Assembly (NCBI GenBank): GCA_963776345.1
Contig: CAVZMH010000022.1
Span: forward strand, 448,001 to 512,000
Direction of reading: 5' to 3'
Length of the DNA: 64,000 bases
Source of the DNA: an uncultured delta proteobacterium
Lineage (GTDB): Bacteria > Myxococcota > Myxococcia > Myxococcales > Myxococcaceae
In this document: positions 28,710 through 38,338 of the stretch, piece by piece
Numbering within the stretch: position 1 is the first letter of the stretch
Layout of the letters: each line of letters starts with the position of its first letter
The notes under the pieces: generated by a model
The model's input: only the letters and a program-made list of their open reading frames with translations
What the model was told of the DNA's origin: nothing
Database searches by the model: none
Made by a program: the position numbers and the translations under genes

Positions 28710-29987
28710 ATGGAACTCGAGTACGCGTTCGAGATGGCGGCCTCCGCCATCCGCTTCGGGCGAGGAGTCACGCGCGAGGTGGGGATGGACCTGGCGGAGA
28801 TGAAGGTGCAAAAGGTGATGGTCCTCACCGATCCCACCCTGGCCAAGCTCAAGCCGGTGGACACCGTCCTCCAGAGCCTGCGCGACAACAGGATCACCTT
28901 CGCCCTCTTCGATCGGGTGCGGGTCGAGCCGACCGACGTCTCCTTCCGCGAGGCGATCGAGTTCGCCACCGAGGGTGGGTTCGACGCGTTCGTCGCCGTC
29001 GGAGGCGGGTCGACCATGGACACGGCGAAGGCGGCCGATCTCTACGCCACCTACCCGGCGGACTTCCTCGACTACGTCAACGCCCCGATCGGGAAGGGCA
29101 AGCCCGTCCCGGGCGCGATCAAGCCGCTGATCGCCGTCCCCACCACCGCCGGAACGGGAAGCGAGACCACCGGGGTCGCCATCTTCGACTACACGCCGCT
29201 CCACGCGAAGACCGGCATCGCCCATCGAAGGCTGAAGCCGCTGCTGGGGATCCTCGATCCCGAGAACACCCGGAGCATGCCGCCGCAGGTGGCCGCCACC
29301 AGCGGGTTCGACGTCCTCAGTCATGCCATCGAGTCCTTCACCGCGCTGCCCTTCCACCGCCGTCCCCGGCCGGAACGGCCCGTCGTCCGCCCGGCGTACC
29401 AGGGCTCGAACCCGATCAGCGATGTCTGGTCACTGGAGGCGATGCGCTCGGTCTCGAAGTACTTCGTCCGGGCGGTCGAGGATCCGGACGACGACGAGGC
29501 GCGCGAGAAGATGCAGCTCGCAGCCGCGTTCGCCGGCGTGGGCTTCGGGAACGCGGGCGTGCACCTGCCGCATGGAATGTCCTATCCGGTCTCGGGAATG
29601 GTCCGGGACTTCCACGCCGAGGGCTTCGCGGTCGGTCATCCGATCATTCCCCACGGCATGTCCGTGATCCTCAACGCCCCGGCGGTGTTCCGCTTCACCG
29701 CCGAGGCCTGTCCGGACCGCCACCTCGTCGCCGCGGAGATCCTGGGAGCCGACATCTCGCGCGCCAGGCCGGAGGACGCCGGCAAGATCCTTTCTGACCG
29801 GCTGGTGGGCATCATGCAGCGCCTGAAGATGCCCAACGGGTTGCGTTCGGTCGGCTACAGCAAGTCCGACATCCCGGCGCTGGTCCAGGGAACCCTGCCG
29901 CAAGCCCGGGTGACCAAGCTCTCTCCCCGGCCCGTGGGCGAGTCGGACCTGGCCCATCTGTTCGAGGACGCCCTCCAGGGATGGTGA
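28710..29987 (+). CDS. Hydroxyacid-oxoacid transhydrogenase (iron-containing ADH family)
   Basis: VRVEPTD, GGGSTMDTAK, YVNAPIGKG, PTTAGTGSE, RPAYQGSNPISD, GNAGVHLPHGMSY. Confidence 0.9.
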   Translation: MELEYAFEMAASAIRFGRGVTREVGMDLAEMKVQKVMVLTDPTLAKLKPVDTVLQSLRDNRITFALFDRVRVEPTDVSFREAIEFATEGGFDAFVAVGGGSTMDTAKAADLYATYPADFLDYVNAPIGKGKPVPGAIKPLIAVPTTAGTGSETTGVAIFDYTPLHAKTGIAHRRLKPLLGILDPENTRSMPPQVAATSGFDVLSHAIESFTALPFHRRPRPERPVVRPAYQGSNPISDVWSLEAMRSVSKYFVRAVEDPDDDEAREKMQLAAAFAGVGFGNAGVHLPHGMSYPVSGMVRDFHAEGFAVGHPIIPHGMSVILNAPAVFRFTAEACPDRHLVAAEILGADISRARPEDAGKILSDRLVGIMQRLKMPNGLRSVGYSKSDIPALVQGTLPQARVTKLSPRPVGESDLAHLFEDALQGW

Positions 29988-30451
29988 GCTCCGGTGTGCG
30001 CTTCGTGGAAGATGACCTGTCCGGCACGCCGACGCGCGCGCTGATCGCGCGCCACCTGGCGGGCATGCACGCCAACTCGCCGCCCGAGAGCGTGCACGCC
30101 TTCGACGTGGAGAAGCTCCGGCAGCCCGGCGTCACCTTCTGGTCCGCCTGGGTCGGCGAGGAGATCGCCGGCTGTGGCGCGCTCAAGGTGCTCGACGCCG
30201 AGCGCGGCGAGCTGAAGTCGATGCGGGTCGCCGATCCCTTCCTCGGCAATGGAATCGGCCGGGCGATCCTCGAGCACCTGGTCGCGGAGGCGAGGTCGCG
30301 AGGCCTGCGAGGCCTCTGGCTGGAGACCGGTTCGGCGCCGGCGTTCGTTCCCGCGCTGCGGCTCTACGAGAGCGCGGGCTTCCGGCGCTGCGGACCGTTC
30401 GGAGAGTACCGGGAGGATCCGTTCAGCGTGTTCATGACCCGGGAGCTCTGA
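29981..30451 (+). CDS. GNAT N-acetyltransferase
   Basis: SPPESVHA, GCGALK, GELKSMR, GIGRAIL, LETGS, DPFSVFMT. Confidence 0.9.
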   Translation: MVSSGVRFVEDDLSGTPTRALIARHLAGMHANSPPESVHAFDVEKLRQPGVTFWSAWVGEEIAGCGALKVLDAERGELKSMRVADPFLGNGIGRAILEHLVAEARSRGLRGLWLETGSAPAFVPALRLYESAGFRRCGPFGEYREDPFSVFMTREL

Positions 30452-31118
30452 ACGCCGCGTCCCGAGTCCAGACCTGGAGGCGGGAGGCAAGGGCGTAGCT
30501 CGCGAAGGCGAAGAGGGGCGCCACCAGGACGTCCACCGTGTAGTGCACGTGCTGCCACAGCACGCAGCCGGCGACCGCGGCGGTGCAGGCGAGGAAGAAG
30601 GCCCGCGTCGCCCGGCCCGGCGCCACCAGCACCAGCAGGAACGCCGTCGAGGTGTGGCCGGAGAAGAAGAGGTCCTTGGTGAGGAGCTGGCCACCGGTTC
30701 CGAGGAACTGCACCAGGGGATCTTGCAGCCCCAGCATGCCCGGTGGCGCCTCGAGCGGCGTCACCGACATCGCGGCCATGCGCAGGAGCACCATCACCAC
30801 GTAGGCCTGGAACCCCAGCATCAGGCGCCGCGGGTGCGGGAGCAGCACCGCCACCGCGGTGAGGATGCCGGCGTAGACGAGCGCGAAGGTGACCCAGGTG
30901 ACGTCTCGCGGCGGAATCACGGCCAGCACCGGATCGGGCAGGACCACTCCGGGCCGGAGCTCCACCCAGCTCAGGAAACGGGTCAGGACGGCGAGGACCG
31001 CCACCAGTGCCGCGAGCGTGAGCAGGAGCTCGCGGCGAAAGCGCCGGTCGCTCAAGACATCGCTCCAGGCGCGCGCGGCGGAGCTCAAGGGGCGGGTGGC
31101 GTCGAGGGTATCCAGCAT
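30432..31118 (-). CDS. PAP2-related / sphingomyelin synthase-like membrane protein
   Basis: DLFFSGHT and HVHYTVDV motifs; about six TM segments. Confidence 0.82.
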   Translation of the reverse strand: MLDTLDATRPLSSAARAWSDVLSDRRFRRELLLTLAALVAVLAVLTRFLSWVELRPGVVLPDPVLAVIPPRDVTWVTFALVYAGILTAVAVLLPHPRRLMLGFQAYVVMVLLRMAAMSVTPLEAPPGMLGLQDPLVQFLGTGGQLLTKDLFFSGHTSTAFLLVLVAPGRATRAFFLACTAAVAGCVLWQHVHYTVDVLVAPLFAFASYALASRLQVWTRDAAFRAPGS

Positions 31119-31296
31119 GCGGTCGCGCTCGAAGGCGAGCGTCTTACCGCGTCCGGGTGCCCGAGATCCTCGGAAACTGACCACCCCCGGTGAGATTGCC
31201 GGGGAGGTCCTCGCCGTCCGCGGCAAGAACGCGGTGGAAGGCAGCGCGGGTGAAGCGGTCCGGAGTGCCGCCTGGTCGGCTTTGCGCGCCTACGAA

Positions 31297-31596
31297 CTAG
31301 ACGCTGGGCGACTTCCCCGGGCGAAACTGGCCAGCTGCTTCGGGTGAGATCGACGGGGAGGGCGAAGTGGATGGCGAGGGGTGGAGTACCTTGTCCACGC
31401 GGCGCGCCAGACCCTGCCGCCGCTCGGCACCCGACGCATTCGTGAAGAGCAGCGCGACCACGGCGCCCACCATGGCGCCGACCACCAGGCCACCGACCGC
31501 GGGGGCGACCCAGTCCGTGGTTCGCTTACGCTGAACCCCGAGGGCGCCAAGGATGGTGTCGGCGTCGAGGTTCTTGAGATCGTTCAGGTGAGACAT
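31297..31596 (-). CDS. YtxH-like small membrane-anchored protein
   Basis: GLVVGAMVGAVVALLFTNASGAERR; GAGG RBS. Confidence 0.75.
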   Translation of the reverse strand: MSHLNDLKNLDADTILGALGVQRKRTTDWVAPAVGGLVVGAMVGAVVALLFTNASGAERRQGLARRVDKVLHPSPSTSPSPSISPEAAGQFRPGKSPSV

Positions 31597-31668
31597 GATC
31601 GTCTCTCCTCTTGTCTTGTCGTGAAACGGGAAGTCCACTCCGCACGCAGTCGACATCGGTCCTCCTCC

Positions 31669-31758
31669 CTACCGGCCGCGCCTGCGCCAGTAGAAGCCGC
31701 CCCCGCCGAACAGGAGGACGATCAGGACGATCAGGACGATCAACGTTGTATCGCTCAT
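31669..31758 (-). CDS. 29-aa membrane peptide (DUF3309-like), absent from the ORF track
   Basis: MSDTTLIVLIVLIVLLFGGGGFYWRRRGR*; GGAGG 7 nt before ATG; sits between csbD and the ytxH-like gene. Confidence 0.8.
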   Translation of the reverse strand: MSDTTLIVLIVLIVLLFGGGGFYWRRRGR

Positions 31759-31798
31759 ACGAATTCCTCCCGGACTCCCCGGGTGGTGTTGTCTGTTT

Positions 31799-32020
31799 CT
31801 ATCTCTTCGCGGATTCCTTGATCGCCTCCGCCGTATCCTTCACCGCGTTCTTCGTATCCTCCGCCGTATCCTTCACCGCGTTCTTCACGTCCTTGACAGC
31901 GCCTTTGACTTGGCCCTTGAACGTGTCCCTCTCGCCCTCTTGCTTGAGCCCCTTGTCGCCCGTCAGATCACCCACGACTTCCTTGATCTTGCCCTTGGCC
32001 TTGTCGATGAACTCGCCCAT
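31799..32020 (-). CDS. csbD: CsbD family general stress protein
   Basis: DKAKGKIKEVVGDLTGDKGLKQEGERDTFKGQVK; AGGAG RBS. Confidence 0.92.
   Translation of the reverse strand: MGEFIDKAKGKIKEVVGDLTGDKGLKQEGERDTFKGQVKGAVKDVKNAVKDTAEDTKNAVKDTAEAIKESAKR
31825..31886. repeat. 33-bp tandem repeat within csbD (11-aa LEA-like unit)
   Basis: cctccgccgtatccttcaccgcgttcttc at 31825 and 31858. Confidence 0.85.
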
Positions 32021-32083
32021 GTTCGTCTCCTGGGTTGGTGTGGATGAAAAGGCTCACGGTGATTCGAGCCGAGAAGGAGGCAG

Positions 32084-32098
32084 GCACGATGTGTGCCG
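32084..32098 (-). promoter_or_regulatory. Sigma54-like element upstream of csbD (quasi-palindromic)
   Basis: Minus strand cGGCACacatcgTGC; plus strand aGGCACgatgtgTGC also fits GG-N10-GC. Confidence 0.35.
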
Positions 32099-32384
32099 TC
32101 CGTCACCGAATTCGGGGAAGGCAGGCAACCAGGCCAGAAGGCTGCCCCTGTAGATCGCAGGGCCTCGCGTTCGGCGCATCATCTGCATAGGCCGCGCATT
32201 GATTGCGCCTGGAATCGACGTTCTGGCGCGAGTCCGGCTCCCGTCTATCCCCTCGGAATCGCTCCCGCGGGACGACGCGTCAGGGACGGAACGTGCGCCT
32301 GCAGACAGAACGCCTCGCGCCGGGCCTTCGGATGGCTAGGTTAAGCGAGGGCTCGGCTGTCTTCAGGCCCTGGAGGTGTGAACC

Positions 32385-32654
32385 ATGACTCTCGAGACGT
32401 TCCTGCTGTGGGTTGCCATCGGAGCGATCGCCGGATGGCTCGCTTCCCTCGTCGCCGGCGGTGGCTTCGGGCTCGTTGGCGACATCGTGATCGGCGTGGT
32501 GGGTGCGTTCGTCGGGGGATTGCTCTTCCGTTCACTCGGCTGGCACGCGCCGTTCGCCGGAATCGCCGGGACGATCACGGTGGCGTTCGTGGGAGCAGTG
32601 CTCCTGCTCGCCCTGCTACGGGTGGTGCGCTCGGGCCGCCATCGCCACGCCTGA
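32385..32654 (+). CDS. GlsB/YeaQ/YmgE stress response membrane protein
   Basis: WVAIGAIAGWLA...GDIVIGVVGAFVGG...AFVGAVLLL; GGAGG RBS. Confidence 0.92.
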   Translation: MTLETFLLWVAIGAIAGWLASLVAGGGFGLVGDIVIGVVGAFVGGLLFRSLGWHAPFAGIAGTITVAFVGAVLLLALLRVVRSGRHRHA

Positions 32655-33004
32655 GACTGCTCGCGACGCTGAACGGCTCGACATTCCTGCAGGAATCTTC
32701 ACCTCACATCGAGGGGACGCCGGTGGCCGTCCGCTCGGTGCTGGTCGCCGGTACGCCGGTGGTCATCGCCCGCGGGACGGGGTCCGGCGTGAGCCGCCCC
32801 GGCCGCAGGCGCGGGTGCCATCGCACGCAGGGAGCGAATGAGGCGTCCAGCAACCCAGCAACAAGGACAGAATGGCCCCAAGTCGCCGCGATTCGGGATC
32901 GAGGGACTGACTGAATGGCGTTGAAGGCAAGTGGTGGGGTAAGGACAGCCATCCCGCCTAGGCCACTGGTCCTGACGAGAACTCCTCACCGCCGGAGGTT
33001 CATC

Positions 33005-33607
33005 GTGAGATTCTGGATGCCCATCCTGTTGCCGCTCGCCGCTCTCGGTTGCGCCGCCTCACTCAACGAAGGCGCGTCGTTTCCTCCCAAGTACTATGCC
33101 TCGGGCCCCCTGCCGCGCACCGTGCCGACTTGCTCTGGAGCGATCGGGGTGACGGTGGTGGACGGTCGGGACAACCCCGGTGAGGTGGGTCGACGCTTCG
33201 AGGAACAGAAGCCGGCCACCGACTACCCCATCAAGATGACGGGGGATACGACAGCCTTCGTCAAGAGCGCCCTGGAGGGCATTCTCAAGCGGGCCGGAAA
33301 TCCCGGGCCCGGACCCACGGCGACCACCCTCGCAGTCACGCTGGACGACGTGTACCTCGAAGAGAAGACGTACGTGAATGCCGAGTTCTCGGCCGGCGTG
33401 GCACTCCAGGTCGTCGTCAGCGGGGCGAACTCTTCGACTCCCTGCTGGAAGGGCGAGATCACGGGCAATGGGAACGGCTACGGCAAGGTCGGGAACACGG
33501 AAAGCTATCAGCAGACTCTGAACCGGGCGCTCGAGAACGCCGTCTTCAACATGTTCCGCCAGAAGAAGTTCCGAGAGGCGCTTTGCGGGAAGTGCGCCTC
33601 CTCCTGA
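33005..33607 (+). CDS. Lipoprotein (YajG-like)
   Basis: GTG start after GGAGG; lipobox ALGC; VTVVDGR...LNRALENAV. Confidence 0.65.
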   Translation: MRFWMPILLPLAALGCAASLNEGASFPPKYYASGPLPRTVPTCSGAIGVTVVDGRDNPGEVGRRFEEQKPATDYPIKMTGDTTAFVKSALEGILKRAGNPGPGPTATTLAVTLDDVYLEEKTYVNAEFSAGVALQVVVSGANSSTPCWKGEITGNGNGYGKVGNTESYQQTLNRALENAVFNMFRQKKFREALCGKCASS

Positions 33608-33672
33608 ACCTCACTGGTTGAACCCGGAGGTCTGCGTCCTCGCCTTGGGAATGCGGGTGTGCCCGGGCCGTC

Positions 33673-34923
33673 GTGATCCAAGCGTTCGGGCCGTCGTGGC
33701 CAACGCCGGATGACTGGATGACACTGATCGCCAGTCTGTCGCTCGTACTGGTCTTTGCCCATCTGCTTGGCTGGATCGCCGAACGACTGCATCAACCGGC
33801 ACTGCTCGGGCACATGCTGGCGGGCATCGTGCTCGGGCCCTCGTTGCTGGCATGGATCGCCCCGAGCGCGGGCCTGACCGCATTGACTGACCTTTCTGTG
33901 CTGTTCGTGGTCATCACTGCTGGTCTGAAGATGCGGGTCGAGCACCTGCTGGAAATGTTTCGCGGAACGGGCACCCTCGCGTTGATGCTTGGGTTCATCA
34001 TTCCTGCGTTCATGGCCGGAGTGTTTGCATTCGCAATCGGGCTCGAGCTCATTCCGGGGCTCGTGGTGGCGCTCTGCATTTCCGTGACCGCGCTCCCGGT
34101 AGCACTCCGTATCCTGAGCGACTTTGGCATTTCGACCACGCGCGTTGCGCGGGTCGCCATCGCGAGCGCATTGCTCTCCGATACAGTTGTCCTGATGGTG
34201 CTGGGCGTCGTGATCGCGACGTCGCTATCGAAGGGAGCCAATGGCCTCCTGATCGCAGCCTCGCTCGCAATCGCCAAGCTGGTCCTGCTGCTTGTCGTCT
34301 TCGCTGCCTGTCAAGTCGTGTTCGTGAAGCTCTCGAGACGAGGCGCCGGGTGGCGGACGCCCACCAATCCGACCTCGGTCGACACAGTGACGGTCCTCAC
34401 GCTTGTCTTCATGCTGGGACTTGGGGCGGTCGCCGAGCTGCTTGGTTTGCATTCAGCGATTGGGACATTCCTGGCAGCATTGTTGATCACCAGCGCCTTG
34501 CTCACCGACGCTCGCTTCGAGAACCTGACGCGCACTTGCGACTTGATGACCGTCAGTGTGTTCGGGCCATTGTTCCTGGGCTTTCAAGGTATTCAATTCA
34601 AGCTGAGCACGTTGCACAACTACCCGCTGGTGGTTGGTCTGATTCTCGTGGCGGTCGTGTCAAAGTGGCTCGGAGGCTATGCGGCGGCACGCATGAAGCA
34701 CCTGCCGACGAACGAAGCATTCGGCGTTGCGATCATCATGAACGCGCGCGGCGTGATGGAGATGGTGGTGGTGAGCATCGCTTATCGAGAGGGTCTGGTT
34801 GATCAGGAATTGTTTTCCGCGTTGCTCGTGGTTGGCATCGTCACGACGGTGGTGACGCCGTCGATGCTCAGGCGTTGGCTTGCCAGGCCGATCAACGCCA
34901 GAATTATCGAGGCCGGCGAGTAG
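33673..34923 (+). CDS. Cation:proton antiporter (CPA2/KefB-like), atypically low GC
   Basis: QPALLGHMLAGIVLGPS, SVTALPVALRIL, GLHSAIGTF, MNARGVME; start may be 33718. Confidence 0.9.
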   Translation: MIQAFGPSWPTPDDWMTLIASLSLVLVFAHLLGWIAERLHQPALLGHMLAGIVLGPSLLAWIAPSAGLTALTDLSVLFVVITAGLKMRVEHLLEMFRGTGTLALMLGFIIPAFMAGVFAFAIGLELIPGLVVALCISVTALPVALRILSDFGISTTRVARVAIASALLSDTVVLMVLGVVIATSLSKGANGLLIAASLAIAKLVLLLVVFAACQVVFVKLSRRGAGWRTPTNPTSVDTVTVLTLVFMLGLGAVAELLGLHSAIGTFLAALLITSALLTDARFENLTRTCDLMTVSVFGPLFLGFQGIQFKLSTLHNYPLVVGLILVAVVSKWLGGYAAARMKHLPTNEAFGVAIIMNARGVMEMVVVSIAYREGLVDQELFSALLVVGIVTTVVTPSMLRRWLARPINARIIEAGE

Positions 34924-35062
34924 ATATCTCCACTCGAGCCCGCTCTCGACGAGGGCCGGAGCAGGAGGAAGGCCACCGGGGGGAGGACGAGGTGCGTCTG
35001 TCCCGTCGCAGGACGTCAGGGACGGGTGCTGTCTCCGCGGGAGGAGGCGTACACTCCGGCCG

Positions 35063-36199
35063 ATGCGCGCATCCACCCGGGACCGATGGAAGAAGTCGTC
35101 ACGCCGCCTTGGCCCGGCGCTCCTGCGGGCGTCCTTCCTGGTGCCGGCCTCGCTGGCGTTGCTGGTCCTCGTCGTGGCGGTCTCGCTCCACCCGTTCGCC
35201 CGGAGCAGGACCCGCGCGGCGCTCGACGGCCTCGAGGGCGCGCATGGGGAGTTCCTCGATGCCCGACTGTCGCTCTTCCCGCTCCGCTACACGGTGACCC
35301 ACCTCAAGATCCGAAATCTAGAGACTCGAGTGCAGGAACCGATCTTCTACGCCGAGAGCGTGGCGGTGGATCTCCGCTGGGCGAGCCTCTTCCGGGGCCG
35401 CCTCATCGGTAGCATCGACGCCCGCGGGGTGAAGTTGGTGCTCGAGCAACCGAAGCCAGGTGGGAAGCTCCGGCTGCCCTCTTTGTCGGAACTCGTGCCC
35501 GTGGCCGCGGTGCTCGAACGGCTCCAGCTGACCAATGCGGAGGTGCTCTACGCCTGGGTGCGGGAGCAGAACCAGCCCACCCTCTGGTTTCACGAGATCG
35601 AAGCGACGCTCGAGAACCTCGGCTCGCGGCCCGGGCTCACCGAGGGACCGCTGGTGCTCGTCGCCCGGGGCCAGTTCGTCAGAAAGGGAACGATGCGGGT
35701 CACCGTCACCGCCGAGCCGTACGCCACGCCGCTCGTCTTCGCCGGGGAAGCCGTCGCGGAGAACCTGGACCTCTCCCAGATGAACTCCTACATCGCGGCG
35801 ATCACGGGGGTGAAGCTCACCCCGGGGGCGTTCTCGATGAAGATGAGCTTTGCCTCCAAGAACGGCCGGCTGACCGGAACCGTCGATCCCCACCTGACCG
35901 GAACGGAGATCCAGTCCGCCGACGCGGATCTCGGCAGCAAGCTGAAGGCACTCCTGGGCAAGATCAGCCTGAGCGTCTCCGGCCCGACCGAGGGGACACA
36001 ATCTTCGGGCCGCATTGCGGTGAGCGACGACTTCCGCGACCCCTCGCTGCAGCTCGTGCTGGTGCTGGAGAAGACCATCGAGAACGGTTTCCTCCTCGGG
36101 ATGCAGGAAGGTCTCAAGCGGGCCTACTCCGGGCCGCCGGGGAAGCAGCCCGATCAGGCCAAGCCGGAGGCGACCCCGCTCAAGACCCAGCAGCGGTGA
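35063..36199 (+). CDS. DUF748/AsmA-like protein
   Basis: Single N-terminal TM followed by beta-rich body (VDLRWASLFRGRLIG; LDLSQMNSYI). Confidence 0.7.
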   Translation: MRASTRDRWKKSSRRLGPALLRASFLVPASLALLVLVVAVSLHPFARSRTRAALDGLEGAHGEFLDARLSLFPLRYTVTHLKIRNLETRVQEPIFYAESVAVDLRWASLFRGRLIGSIDARGVKLVLEQPKPGGKLRLPSLSELVPVAAVLERLQLTNAEVLYAWVREQNQPTLWFHEIEATLENLGSRPGLTEGPLVLVARGQFVRKGTMRVTVTAEPYATPLVFAGEAVAENLDLSQMNSYIAAITGVKLTPGAFSMKMSFASKNGRLTGTVDPHLTGTEIQSADADLGSKLKALLGKISLSVSGPTEGTQSSGRIAVSDDFRDPSLQLVLVLEKTIENGFLLGMQEGLKRAYSGPPGKQPDQAKPEATPLKTQQR

Positions 36200-36246
36200 G
36201 GGGACGAGCCGGGCTCTCGACGGGGGTTGTCCGTGCCGTGGCCTCG

Positions 36247-36753
36247 CTAGAAGCGGTCCGAGTCGATGACCTGCTCGGTGAGGCGCAACATGGCGTCGTG
36301 CTGACCGTGCTGAGCGTAATCCGCTCTCCAGCCGCTTCTTCCGTCCTTGCTCACGTAGAGCGAAAGCTCGACATCCGCCTCCGAGAGCTGCCAGCTGTAC
36401 TTCCTGCCCCGCACCGGCTCCGCCAGGTCCACGCTCGCGTCCTCCCGACCGTACCTGCTGCGAAAGGTGGACAGGAGGGATTCATCGGAGCTGTCCTTTC
36501 GCGGGCCGTAGAGCGAGACTCCGATCAGCCCTTTGGGCCCGAAAAAGAAGTACCGAAACTCGACCGCGACGGACCCGATCGAGGTCTTGCGCTCGTTGCA
36601 GAGCACTGCTTCAACCTTGGTCCGGTGCGCGTCCGGAAAGAGCATCTGAACCTGATCCTTGCTCATCCCCCAACGTGCGCTCTGGAAGTAGCCCGTCGGC
36701 CTGCTGTCGGCTGCAAGGACAAAGGCGACAATGAGGGCGAACGCCGTGCGTGA
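36247..36753 (-). CDS. Hypothetical secreted protein, apparently 5'-truncated
   Basis: Frame extends upstream of Met 36666 as [35 protein letters not shown] to an in-frame TAG with no start codon. Confidence 0.5.
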   Translation of the reverse strand, partial: SRTAFALIVAFVLAADSRPTGYFQSARWGMSKDQVQMLFPDAHRTKVEAVLCNERKTSIGSVAVEFRYFFFGPKGLIGVSLYGPRKDSSDESLLSTFRSRYGREDASVDLAEPVRGRKYSWQLSEADVELSLYVSKDGRSGWRADYAQHGQHDAMLRLTEQVIDSDRF

Positions 36754-36907
36754 CTACCTGGTCGCGCGGGGGGTCGACGCGGACAAGATCAGCGCGATCG
36801 GCCTGGGGTCGAGCAAGCCGATCATGAACAACAGCACTGCCGAGAACCGGGCGAACAATCGCCGGGTGGAGATCGTGATCGGCAACTCCAGGGTCAGCGC
36901 CCGCTGA
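36731..36907 (+). pseudogene. OmpA C-terminal domain remnant, absent from the ORF track
   Basis: [49 protein letters not shown]; first half of the domain (GHTD motif) is missing. Confidence 0.85.
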
Positions 36908-37025
36908 CGCGGGGGCGAGAGGCGGGCACGGGCGTGCGGACTTCTGCACGACTTCGGGCCCGCCCGCCGTCTTGCCAGCGGCGGCTCTTCGTGCCGGAGG
37001 CGGGGTAGAGGGGTATCCTGCTGCA

Positions 37026-38165
37026 ATGCGCCGTGCGGACCACGTCCTCCTGGTGCCCGGCTTCTTCGGGTTCGGGAGCTTCGGCCGGCCGGGCGGGCCG
37101 CGCATCGTCTACTTCGACCGTGTGATCAAGGCGCTGGTGTCCGCCAGGCGCGAGTTGCGCGGGCGGATCCACGTCCACGAGCCGCCGCCGATAGGGTCGC
37201 TCGAGGTGCGCGTCCGGAGCCTGCAGGACGCCGTGTTGCAGCTCCTGGGCGGCGCCCTCCTGCGCGGCGAGTCGCGCCGCGGTCACCCGCGCATCCACGT
37301 CATCGGCCACTCCACGGGCGGGCTCGACGCGCGCCTGCTCCTGAACCCGCGCTACCACTTCAACGGTGAGGACCCCGCGCTGCGCGAGCGGCTCGCCGAG
37401 CGCGTGGGCACGGTGGTGACGCTCTCGGCCCCCCATCACGGCACGCCCATCGCGAGCAGCTTGGTGCACGGGCTCTCCCACCTCTTGCTCGAAGGGATGT
37501 CGCTCGCGACCATCCTGGCCGCCGCGGGGCAGCTCCGGAGACGGTTGGGGCTCCCCGGCTTGAGCTTCCTCGTGACGCTCTTCGAGGCCGTCGCGCCCAG
37601 GCGCAACGTGAACGCCCCCGCCCTCGCGCTGCTCGCCGGCATGGACGAGGAGACGGCGCGCCAGATCGCCCGCTTCCGCGGGATGGTCATGTCCGACACG
37701 CGGCTCCTGCACGACCTCGCGCCGGAGCGAATGGCGCAGCTGAACGCGCGCATCGGCGAGGGTGACACCAGGCGGCTGGTCGAGATCGTGACCGTCGCGC
37801 CGCGACCGACGCTCTGGGGCGGGCTCCACGGGCTGGACCGCCGGGCGGCGTACGCGCTCTGCTACGCTGCCACGGCCAGCGAGGCGTTCCGGCCGGCTCG
37901 CTTCCCCGATGGACCCTGGATCGCGGCGCGCCCGCCTGGCACCGAGCGTGCGGCGGTGGAAGACGCGCCCCGGGCCAACGACGGGATCGTGCCGGCGTCC
38001 TCGCAGACGGTCACCAGAGGCGCGGCACGGCTCGTCCTCGCCGACCACCTCGACGTCATCGGGCACTTCGAGTGGCGCTGGAACACGACGCTCTTCAAGT
38101 CGGGCGCGGGGTTCGGCCGGGGGGAGTTCATGGCGCTCTGGCGGTTCGTCGCGGAGGCGCTCTGA
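37026..38165 (+). CDS. Triacylglycerol lipase-like alpha/beta hydrolase
   Basis: LVPGFFGF, GHSTGGLDAR, TLSAPHHGTP, NDGIVP, ADHLDVIGH. Confidence 0.88.
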   Translation: MRRADHVLLVPGFFGFGSFGRPGGPRIVYFDRVIKALVSARRELRGRIHVHEPPPIGSLEVRVRSLQDAVLQLLGGALLRGESRRGHPRIHVIGHSTGGLDARLLLNPRYHFNGEDPALRERLAERVGTVVTLSAPHHGTPIASSLVHGLSHLLLEGMSLATILAAAGQLRRRLGLPGLSFLVTLFEAVAPRRNVNAPALALLAGMDEETARQIARFRGMVMSDTRLLHDLAPERMAQLNARIGEGDTRRLVEIVTVAPRPTLWGGLHGLDRRAAYALCYAATASEAFRPARFPDGPWIAARPPGTERAAVEDAPRANDGIVPASSQTVTRGAARLVLADHLDVIGHFEWRWNTTLFKSGAGFGRGEFMALWRFVAEAL

Positions 38166-38282
38166 GGTCGGCAGCAAATTTCTAGAGTAGAGGACGCGCC
38201 GCCGACCTACGTTGGTGCATGCCGCGACGTCGAGGAGCGACTTCTCGATCGTCGCCGCGATCACCCCAATCTGGGTCGAGGG

Positions 38283-38308
38283 CGATCTCCGCGTCCGATC
38301 TCCGCGTC
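38283..38308. repeat. 13-bp perfect tandem duplication
   Basis: cgatctccgcgtc x2. Confidence 0.8.
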
Positions 38309-38338
38309 CTTGAATCAGGAATCCCCCACCCAGGATCT

